14,048 nt of DNA, taken from NCBI GenBank assembly GCA_963833225.1, contig CAWHXD010000016.1, forward strand, positions 1 through 14,048. The letters are read 5' to 3'. Both the position numbers and the translations under genes were made by a program. Below the pieces are notes generated by a model. That model searched no databases and had not been told where the DNA came from. It saw only the letters and a program-made list of their open reading frames with translations. The first letter of the stretch is position 1. Each line of letters opens with the position of its first letter. Below, one piece after another: positions 7,331 to 14,048 of this stretch. Source of the stretch: an uncultured Chloroflexia bacterium (lineage in GTDB: Bacteria > Chloroflexota > Limnocylindria > Limnocylindrales > CSP1-4).

Positions 7331-8302
7331 TCAACCCTCGGTCCGCGGGTCGTCGGCCCAGTCGGCGACCGGGTTCTCGACCGCCCCGATGCCCTCGATC
7401 TCGCATCGGACGCGATCTCCGGGCTCGAGGAACACCGGTGGATCCCGGAACACTCCGACACCCGCGGGAGTGCCCGTCGCGATCAGGTCTCCGGGCTCGA
7501 GCGTGATGTGCTGAGAGATGAAGCTGACGAGCGCCGGCACCGGGAACAGCATGTCCGAGGTGGTCCCGTCCTGCATCGGGATCGGGGTGCCGGCATCGGG
7601 GCCGCTGCCCGGGATGCGCCACGACCGGAGCACCAGCCCTCGCGCGGGATCGAGCTCGTCCGGCGTCACGAGCACCGGCCCGACGGGCAGGAAGGTATCG
7701 CTGCCCTTGGCGCGCAGCCACTGGCCGTCACCCTTCTCGCCCTCGCGCAGCGCCTGGGGATTGCCCTGCCAGTCACGGGCGGTTACGTCGTTGACCACGA
7801 CGTAACCGGCCACGTGGTCCATCGCCTGCGACTCCGACACGCGGCGGGCCGTGCGACCGATGACCACGCCGAGCTCGACCTCGAGGTCGAGCGCCCGGGT
7901 GCCCGGCGGACGGACGATGGTCTCGCCGTCGGCGATGACCGTGTTGTCGAACTTCGCGAACAGCATCGGACGCTCCGGCGCCGCGCGACCACCCTCCCGG
8001 ACGTGATCGGCGTAGTTGAGCCCGACGCACACGATCTTGCCGGGGTGGGCGATCGCCGGCAGTGGCCGGCGGGCGCCCGGGTCGCGACGCGTCGCGCCAC
8101 GGCGGGACGCCCTGGCGATGAGTCGCGGCATGCCGTCGAGCCATGCGTGGTCGCCCGCGATCAGGCAGCACGGCGCCAGCCAGGTCCGGAGGGACGGCCG
8201 GCGCTCGAACCGGGCCAACTGCCCGCCGGTGATCAGCGCCCCGTCGACGAGGGCTCCGATCCGCGGCGACCCGTCGCGTCCGGCGTGCGCGTACAGTCGC
8301 AT
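7331..8302 (-). CDS. Fumarylacetoacetate hydrolase family protein
   Basis: [54 protein letters not shown]; GAGGAG RBS. Confidence 0.94.
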   Translation of the reverse strand: MRLYAHAGRDGSPRIGALVDGALITGGQLARFERRPSLRTWLAPCCLIAGDHAWLDGMPRLIARASRRGATRRDPGARRPLPAIAHPGKIVCVGLNYADHVREGGRAAPERPMLFAKFDNTVIADGETIVRPPGTRALDLEVELGVVIGRTARRVSESQAMDHVAGYVVVNDVTARDWQGNPQALREGEKGDGQWLRAKGSDTFLPVGPVLVTPDELDPARGLVLRSWRIPGSGPDAGTPIPMQDGTTSDMLFPVPALVSFISQHITLEPGDLIATGTPAGVGVFRDPPVFLEPGDRVRCEIEGIGAVENPVADWADDPRTEG

Positions 8303-8312
8303 GGCTCCTCGA

Positions 8313-9182
8313 TCAGCTCGCCGCCGGGCTCGGGCCGGCCGAAGCGCTGGGTGCCGCCGACACGGACGCTGACGGGGACGGCGACGGCGACGGCGCGGTG
8401 CATTGCGGCTCGGGCGGAGCCAGCCACGTGCCGTCCGCGGCGACCTGCTCCCCGTACCGGGTGAAGAAGCTGTAGATCTTCTGGTCGTCGAGCTGATCCA
8501 GATACAGAACCCGATCCCACAGCAGCGCGGCGTACCTGGTTGGCATCTTCTCGAAACGCGCGACCACGGGTCCTACGATGCCCGGTGCGAGCCCGCAGAT
8601 CGGGCTGGCAGGGAACCCGGCGCTGAAGTCGCGGAGCTGCTGGATTGCCGCATCGTCGCAGGCGCCCTTGTCGCACGAGTACAGCAGCACCAGACCCCCG
8701 TGCTCGAGGTTGTGGACCCAGCCGTTGGGCACGCTCTGATCGTCGGGCCCATAGACCTTGGGTTGCAGCGGGCCGAACCCGGATTGGTTGATGTGCTTGC
8801 CCGATGCCGGGGGGCAGATTGCGTAGGTCACCTTGTCGCCCGCCTGCACGTGCTGGTTGCCCATGTCCTGCTGGACCTGCCCCAGCGCGCCGGACGCCGC
8901 CGGCTGCACCGTGTCGATGGTGGTGCAGGCATAGGCGGGCGCGGCGGCCGACGCGAACACGAACGCGCTGACTCCCACCACGACCACGACCACGACCAGG
9001 CCCAGGATCGGCGCCCGCAACCGCTGCATCGTGCTCTGCGGCTCGCGGTGGCGGCGTGACGCATCCCGCCGACCGCTACGGGGTGTGCCCGTCGGGCTCG
9101 TGGAGCCCGAGCCGCGACGTCCGCCGGAGGCGGCTCCCGATCGCGAGCCGCGAGTTGACGACGAGCGCTTGGAATCAGTCAA
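8313..9182 (-). CDS. DUF3105-like membrane-anchored extracytoplasmic protein
   Basis: GNQHV, PPASGKH, VHNLEHGGLVLLY motifs; basic disordered N-terminus, one TM helix, six Cys, SP-rich tail. Start placed at TTG 9182 (GGAG 10 nt upstream); start uncertain. Confidence 0.82.
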   Translation of the reverse strand: MTDSKRSSSTRGSRSGAASGGRRGSGSTSPTGTPRSGRRDASRRHREPQSTMQRLRAPILGLVVVVVVVGVSAFVFASAAAPAYACTTIDTVQPAASGALGQVQQDMGNQHVQAGDKVTYAICPPASGKHINQSGFGPLQPKVYGPDDQSVPNGWVHNLEHGGLVLLYSCDKGACDDAAIQQLRDFSAGFPASPICGLAPGIVGPVVARFEKMPTRYAALLWDRVLYLDQLDDQKIYSFFTRYGEQVAADGTWLAPPEPQCTAPSPSPSPSASVSAAPSASAGPSPAAS

Positions 9183-9300
9183 GGTGGGTGAGCTCCGCGT
9201 GATGGGTTCGACGACAGCCTGGACGGGTGGGCTGCGCGGCGCGCGGCACCGGGCCGCGGGCGCTGGGCGAAGGGTAGCGTCCCGCGGCCAGACTCGCCGG

Positions 9301-9368
9301 GATCGTGCTCGCGGGGGCACCGCAGGGCGCGGGGCTCGTAACCGCGATCGTGCTCGCGGGGGCACCGC
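9301..9368. repeat. Two identical 23-nt quasi-palindromic repeats GATCGTGCTCGCGGGGGCACCGC, 45-nt period
   Basis: 9301-9323 and 9346-9368; internal GTGCTC-gcgg-GGGCAC hairpin. Confidence 0.9.
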
Positions 9369-9389
9369 CGGCTCTAACTCCCCGCGCGC

Positions 9390-9773
9390 CTACGGCTCGT
9401 TCAGGTATTCGCGAACGTCATCGCGCGTCAGCCCGAAGAACAGCAGCAACGCGAGGATCGTGATCAGGAGGGCAAACACCGGCTGCGCCGCCAGCAGCAG
9501 CAATGGCACCGCGGGAACGGTCAACGTCGACAGGCCCAGCGCCAATCCCCGGCTGGCCTCCTTGCGCTGCAGGACGAGGGTGGTGGTGAAGATCGTGTAG
9601 GCGAGGAGGATCATCGTCACGATGCCGATGGGGGAGATGGGCGCGCTGATCGCCTGGTCCACGATCCAGCGGAGCGAGACCCCGATGCCACCCAGGATCA
9701 GGAAGGCGTAGCCGAGGAAGATCCGGATTCCGGGTGGCATGGCGCGCAGCTGGCTGAGCACGCGACCAATCAT
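9390..9773 (-). CDS. Small integral membrane protein (about 4 TM helices), unknown function
   Basis: 127 aa from ATG 9773 (MIGRVLSQLRAMPPGIRIF...VREYLNEP); alternative start ATG 9740; rest of the 577-aa ORF is antisense to the GH13 gene. Confidence 0.8.
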   Translation of the reverse strand: MIGRVLSQLRAMPPGIRIFLGYAFLILGGIGVSLRWIVDQAISAPISPIGIVTMILLAYTIFTTTLVLQRKEASRGLALGLSTLTVPAVPLLLLAAQPVFALLITILALLLFFGLTRDDVREYLNEP

Positions 9774-9857
9774 GCGCCAGTCGGGCGCTCGACGATGGAC
9801 CACGTGCCGGGATCGGGCCCCCGTACACTGCCGCTCTGACGGAACGCAGGGAGTCAC

Positions 9858-11402
9858 ATGGCGGTCGATGATCTGGACTGGGTGCGGGACGCCGTCTTCT
9901 ACCAGGTGTTTCCCGATCGGTTCGCCCGCAGCGGGCGGGTCGACCCGCCGGGACCGCTCGAGCCATGGGACACGCCGCCCACGGCTCGCGGGTTCAAGGG
10001 AGGCGACCTGCTCGGTGTCGCTCAGCGGCTCGACTACCTGGTCGACCTGGGGATCAACGCGATCTACCTCAATCCGGTCTTCGCCTCCGCATCCAACCAC
10101 CGCTATCACACCTACGACTACCTGGCCGTGGATCCGCTCCTGGGCGGTGATGCGGCGCTCCGGGAGCTGCTCGACCGGGCGCATGCGCGGGGCATTCGGG
10201 TCGTGCTCGACGGCGTGTTCAACCATGCGAGTCGCGGGTTCTGGCCGTTCAACCACATCCTCGAGTGCGGGATCGCATCGCCATACTTGGATTGGTTTCA
10301 TGTCGATCGGGAGGCGCTGGCCGCGGGCCGCGCGCTGCGCGCCTATCCAGACCAGGCAGCGCAGCCGGGCGCGGGTGGCGACGCGCCGGGGGGTCACGCC
10401 GCCAGCTCGATGTCGGCCCTCGGCTATCAGGCATGGTGGGACCTTCCCGCGTTGCCCAAGCTCAACACGGACAACCCGAAGGTCCGCGAGTACCTGATGA
10501 CCGTCGCCGAGCACTGGATCCGGTTTGGCGCCGACGGCTGGCGCCTGGACGTCCCGTCGGAGATCGACGACGACGCCTTCTGGCGGGAATTCCGGCATCG
10601 GGTCAAGGCGATCAAACCGGAGGCGTACATCGTGGGCGAGGTCTGGTTCGAGGACCACCGCTGGCTGAAGGGCGACCAGTTCGACGCGTACATGAACTAC
10701 CCGCTCGCCTTTGCTGCCCTGTCGTTTGCCGCCGGCCCGACCCGCGACGACCGGGTGATCGAACAACAGTCGAACGTTCGCGCGGCGATGGACCGATTGG
10801 ACGGCCCTGGCTTCGCGCGACGCCTCGACCACATCATGACGACCTACGCTCCGGAGGCCACGGCGGTGCAGCTCAACCTGCTGGGCAGCCACGATATGCC
10901 GCGGATCCTTTCGATCTGCGGCGGCGACCGGGATTCCGTCCGCCTGGCGACGCTCGTGACTATGACGGTGCCGGGGGCCCCGTGCATCTACTACGGAGAC
11001 GAGATCGGCATGAGGGGCGAGCACGACCCCGGCTGCCGGGGATCGTTCCCAACCGACGCCGGTGCCTGGGACCGGGACCAGCTGGCCTTCTTTCAGGGCG
11101 TCACCGCGTTGCGCCATCAACACGAGGCGTTGCGGCGCGGCACGTTCGCGATCGTGGGGTCAGACGCGTCTGCGGTCGCCTGGCGGCGAACCGGCAACGA
11201 GGAGAGCTGGCTGGTCTGTGTCAACGCCGGCCAGGACGCAGCCCGGCTCGAGCTCGGCGCCCCTGACCTCGATGGACGGCGTCTCGACCCGGTGGCACCT
11301 CCGGGTTGGCCCTGGCCGACCGGCGAGGCCGCGACGGTCGCCGGCGGTCGGGTCGAGGTGGTGATCCCGCCGCGTGGCGCGCTCCTGGTCCGAGCCGGCT
11401 GA
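9858..11402 (+). CDS. Glycoside hydrolase family 13 (neopullulanase/cyclomaltodextrinase-like)
   Basis: FYQVFPDRF, GGDL, VLDGVFNH, GWRLDV, VGEVW, GSHD, IYYGDEIG, DPGCR; GGGAG RBS and TACACT at 9824-9829. Confidence 0.96.
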   Translation: MAVDDLDWVRDAVFYQVFPDRFARSGRVDPPGPLEPWDTPPTARGFKGGDLLGVAQRLDYLVDLGINAIYLNPVFASASNHRYHTYDYLAVDPLLGGDAALRELLDRAHARGIRVVLDGVFNHASRGFWPFNHILECGIASPYLDWFHVDREALAAGRALRAYPDQAAQPGAGGDAPGGHAASSMSALGYQAWWDLPALPKLNTDNPKVREYLMTVAEHWIRFGADGWRLDVPSEIDDDAFWREFRHRVKAIKPEAYIVGEVWFEDHRWLKGDQFDAYMNYPLAFAALSFAAGPTRDDRVIEQQSNVRAAMDRLDGPGFARRLDHIMTTYAPEATAVQLNLLGSHDMPRILSICGGDRDSVRLATLVTMTVPGAPCIYYGDEIGMRGEHDPGCRGSFPTDAGAWDRDQLAFFQGVTALRHQHEALRRGTFAIVGSDASAVAWRRTGNEESWLVCVNAGQDAARLELGAPDLDGRRLDPVAPPGWPWPTGEAATVAGGRVEVVIPPRGALLVRAG

Positions 11403-11512
11403 CCAGGTCCGGCGATCCACCGGACGGGCCGGCCTCGCGGGGTCGCAGCGCACCGCCCGACGGGAGGACCTCGGCTCGCGTCGGCCGGTCGCCCCGCGTA
11501 TCCTCCCCGGAC

Positions 11513-12181
11513 GTGGCCGACCTGCCCTTCGCCCTTGCCGAACCCCTTGGCCTGCGTCTCCGGGCTGCCGCCGACGTCGAAGGCAAGATCGCTCGCGCCC
11601 TCGACGCGCTGGGGCCGCTGGCCGGCCGGGACGTCGCGATCCTCGATCTGCCGAGTGGGCCGATGCGCGACCGGCTCGCTGCGGTGGGGATCCGCGGCCG
11701 TCATCTTCCCCTCACCAACCCACTCACGATCGACGCCCCCGACGCAAGCCTGGACGCGGTCGTCAGCTTCTGGTCGGGCTTCCGCGGCGTCGACCCCACC
11801 TCGATGCGCGAGGTCGATCGGGTCCTTCGCCCCCGTGGCCGGCTGCTCGTCGTCCACGACTACGGACGCGACGACGTCAGCGAGCTCCGCGCGCAGGATG
11901 CCCCCGAGTACGGCTCGTGGGGCCGGCGGGACGGGCCGTTCCTGCGCGACGGCGCGTTCAAGATCCGCGTGCTGCACTGCTTCTGGACCTTTGCCTCGAT
12001 CGAAGACGCTCGCGAGTTCCTGTCCGCGGCGTTCGGCGCGCGAGGGGAGACGGTCGGCGCCCGGCTCAAGCGGCCCCGGGTCAGCTGGAACGTCGCGGTC
12101 TACCATCGAGACCGGGGCGGCACGTCCGCCCAGCCCCCCGACGACACCGGCGCGGTCGCACGCGAGACCAGCGCCGCCTGA
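11513..12181 (+). CDS. Class I SAM-dependent methyltransferase-fold protein with degenerate motif I
   Basis: PDASLDAVVSF and REVDRVLRPRGRLLV motifs; GTG start 8 nt after TATCCT (11499-11504); 222 aa. Confidence 0.75.
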   Translation: MADLPFALAEPLGLRLRAAADVEGKIARALDALGPLAGRDVAILDLPSGPMRDRLAAVGIRGRHLPLTNPLTIDAPDASLDAVVSFWSGFRGVDPTSMREVDRVLRPRGRLLVVHDYGRDDVSELRAQDAPEYGSWGRRDGPFLRDGAFKIRVLHCFWTFASIEDAREFLSAAFGARGETVGARLKRPRVSWNVAVYHRDRGGTSAQPPDDTGAVARETSAA

Positions 12182-12245
12182 AGGGTTGGACGCTCGGCAC
12201 GCCGCCGCCACGGCCCGTGCGCCGACCCCTGCTACGCTCGATGCG

Positions 12246-12644
12246 ATGAGCCAAGGTACGCGCGACAGCCGCCGCCCCGCCGCCGCCCGCCGGATGGAGG
12301 GGCGACGATCCGGGCCTCATCTCGGTTCGATCCGAATCACACCCATCCGAATCACGCTCTCGATCGCGCTCGCGGGTGGGCTCATCTTCCTCGCCTACGC
12401 GACCTTCGTGAGGGACCAGCTGCAGGTACCCCTGATGGCCACCGGTTTGGCCGTGTGCGGCCTGGTGTTCGCGGCGATCGCGGTGCTCTCGGTGGCGGCC
12501 GTCGTCCGGGCGGGCCGGGAAGGGCGCGACGGCACGGCGGTCCTCACGGCGCTGCTCGGTGGAGTGGCTGCGGTGGGGTCCCTCATGCTGCTCGCCGGTG
12601 CCGTGATCATGAGCCTGATCTGGAGCGGCACCAAGAGCACCTGA
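12246..12644 (+). CDS. Small membrane protein (3 TM helices), unknown function
   Basis: 132 aa; basic N-terminus then three hydrophobic segments; ATG 7 nt after TACGCT (12233-12238). Confidence 0.8.
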   Translation: MSQGTRDSRRPAAARRMEGRRSGPHLGSIRITPIRITLSIALAGGLIFLAYATFVRDQLQVPLMATGLAVCGLVFAAIAVLSVAAVVRAGREGRDGTAVLTALLGGVAAVGSLMLLAGAVIMSLIWSGTKST

Positions 12645-12701
12645 CGTCGCGGATCGGGACCGTTCGGCCCGGGATGAGCGGCCGGGGGACGGGGACCGCT
12701 C

Positions 12702-12710
12702 TGGTACACT
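12702..12710 (+). promoter_or_regulatory. Extended -10 element TGGTACACT of the tRNA gene
   Basis: TGn-TACACT ending 22 nt upstream of the mature tRNA 5' end. Confidence 0.65.
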
Positions 12711-12732
12711 CGCCCGGCCCTCGCGGGACGCG

Positions 12733-12809
12733 GCCCCCATCGTCTAGAGGCCTAGGACGCCACCCTTTCAAGGTGGAGATCACCGGTTCGAATCCGGTTG
12801 GGGGTACCA
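12733..12809 (+). tRNA. tRNA-Glu (anticodon TTC), CCA encoded
   Basis: Acceptor GCCCCCA/TGGGGGT, anticodon arm CCACC-CTTTCAA-GGTGG, T arm ACCGG-TTCGAAT-CCGGT, ACCA end. Confidence 0.97.
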
Positions 12810-12869
12810 GTCTGTGCGCCGTCCACGGGCGATCGTCGACGAGCCAGCGGCCCTGCTATCCTCGACCGC

Positions 12870-13223
12870 ATGGAGCTCATGGGCGTGACCATCCGCACGA
12901 TCGTGACCGACAACGTCGCGATCCGTTGCGACGGCTGCCGTGAGCTGATCTCAGGCACGCCCTGGCGGGTCAACGTCCTGGACATCGTGTCGCCCGAGGT
13001 CGCGGTCGACTGGACGGAGCAGACGCCCATCAACCCGGGCCCGCACCAGTTCCATGCCGATCCCGCCTGCGTGCGCAGGTGGATGGCGGCCAGGGGCTAC
13101 TACCTGTGCCGTCGCGGCGAGGTGCGCGAGATCATGCGCCCGGTCGCGCTGCCGCTCGATCCGCCCGCACTGGGCCTGTGCGATGGCGTACATCGCGACG
13201 AGCACGAGTTCGTTCCCGCCTGA
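12870..13223 (+). CDS. Small Cys/His-rich hypothetical protein, putative zinc-binding
   Basis: 117 aa; CDGC, HQFHADPAC, LC, CDGVHRDEH; ATG 7 nt after TGCTATCCT (12854-12862); high GC3. Confidence 0.8.
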   Translation: MELMGVTIRTIVTDNVAIRCDGCRELISGTPWRVNVLDIVSPEVAVDWTEQTPINPGPHQFHADPACVRRWMAARGYYLCRRGEVREIMRPVALPLDPPALGLCDGVHRDEHEFVPA

Positions 13224-13287
13224 CGCGCGACGCGCTCGGGCCCGATCGCAGCCGGCTGATCTGCCTGCCACCGGATCGTGGCGGCGA

Positions 13288-13317
13288 TTGACGGCCGATC
13301 CGGGCCACACCTACACT
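13288..13317 (+). promoter_or_regulatory. Housekeeping sigma-70 promoter TTGACG-N18-TACACT
   Basis: -35 at 13288-13293, -10 at 13312-13317, upstream of the HTH gene. Confidence 0.7.
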
Positions 13318-13403
13318 CGCGGCCACCAGGCCTCCACAACCGACCCAGGTTTACCCAGTTTCGGTCCGACCTGCGACGGGCGGCTCCCAGCCTTGGAGGA
13401 TCC

Positions 13404-14048
13404 GTGCCGGACGACCCCGCCCGTCCCGCCCGCCCACTTCCCGAGCGGATCCCGCTTGGGAAGGCGAGCCGGTTGCTGGGCGTGGATCCCGACACGCTCC
13501 GGCGATGGGCAGATGAGGGCCGGGTGCCGGCCTTCACCACGCCCGGCGGCCACCGGCGGTTCGAGCGTCGAGCGCTCGAGCGGCTGGTCACGGCTCGCCG
13601 AACGGGTCCGGTGAGCGGGCTGGCCGGCGTCGGTGACTCATCGACACGACTGAGCGCCGCCTACCGCAGGCGGTACGGGGAGCTCCACGGCGACGGCTCG
13701 GGCCTGCGGGCCCGGATCCCCGTGGACGAGCGGACGATCTTCCGTGAGAACGGAAGGCGGCTGGTCGACGCGCTCGTCAGACATCTCGATGAACCGGGTC
13801 CGGGACGGCTGGACGCTGAGCACCAGGCGATGGACCTGGCGGCCCAGATGGGGGATCGCCTGGCCTGCCTGGGTGTGTCACTGGGGGAGGGCGTGTCGAT
13901 GTTCGTCGCGGCCCGCCGCCCATTCGTGAAAGAGCTGGGCGTGGTGGCTCGTCGCCGGGGGGTGGACGCGGCCCGCATCGGACAGCTTTACGAGGCGTCG
14001 AGCGGGCTGCTGGACCGGCTGCTGCTGGCGTTCATCGCCGCGTACGCA
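13404..14048 (+). CDS. MerR-like/excisionase (BldC-like) HTH regulator with helical C-terminal domain; truncated by window end
   Basis: Not in ORF track (no stop). GGAGG RBS at 13395-13399, GTG start; LGKASRLLGVDPDTLRRWADEGRVPAFTTPGGHRRF; open for 215 codons. Confidence 0.9.
   Translation, partial: MPDDPARPARPLPERIPLGKASRLLGVDPDTLRRWADEGRVPAFTTPGGHRRFERRALERLVTARRTGPVSGLAGVGDSSTRLSAAYRRRYGELHGDGSGLRARIPVDERTIFRENGRRLVDALVRHLDEPGPGRLDAEHQAMDLAAQMGDRLACLGVSLGEGVSMFVAARRPFVKELGVVARRRGVDAARIGQLYEASSGLLDRLLLAFIAAYA

Noticed and set aside
7291-7461. N-terminal extension of tdh in the ORF track
   Set aside because: Overlaps the FAH gene; RBS and family start fit ATG 7290
8050-8230. Compensated frameshift in the Arg-rich FAH N-terminus
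   Set aside because: Third codon positions stay G/C-rich in the annotated frame
9337-9364. CGTAAC as a second ECF -35 element
   Set aside because: No CGTT 16 nt downstream, and it points away from the operon
9301-9368. Mini CRISPR array
   Set aside because: Only two repeats, 22-nt spacer, no cas genes or AT-rich leader
9774-11123. 577-aa minus-strand ORF as one protein
   Set aside because: This portion is antisense to the GH13 gene; only the last 127 codons look coding
12733-14048. Integrative element at tRNA-Glu with an excisionase
   Set aside because: No integrase, no duplicated tRNA 3' end and no composition shift in the window; the HTH carries a long extra domain typical of a regulator

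Overview
GC-rich (roughly 70% by eye) bacterial chromosomal window with no mobile element. Gene style (leaderless TAnnnT starts, PT-repeat surface protein with a PPTD tail, DUF3105/DUF5667-type proteins) suggests Chloroflexota, possibly Limnocylindria; this is inference only. Contents in order: a GTAC-rich upstream region; a secreted protein with a perfect 10x24-nt repeat stalk and a sortase-like TPPPTD/TM/basic tail; an MBL-fold hydrolase; a tightly packed minus-strand operon (DUF3105 membrane protein, FAH-family hydrolase, tdh, kbl, HisJ-like PHP phosphatase, BldN-like ECF sigma factor, RsbN/DUF5667-like anti-sigma with a 2-nt frameshift in a tandem repeat); a small membrane protein; a GH13 glycosidase; three probably leaderless genes (degenerate methyltransferase fold, membrane protein, Cys/His-rich protein) around tRNA-Glu(TTC); and a truncated BldC/Xis-like HTH regulator with a helical, possibly globin-like, C-terminal domain. 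Best leads: the non-canonical protein sorting signal, the ECF/anti-sigma pair with a candidate autoregulated promoter inside hisJ, the HTH-sensor fusion with 10-bp direct repeats in its own leader, and the PHP plus FAH enzymes bracketing tdh-kbl. All family assignments are from motif recognition, not database searches.
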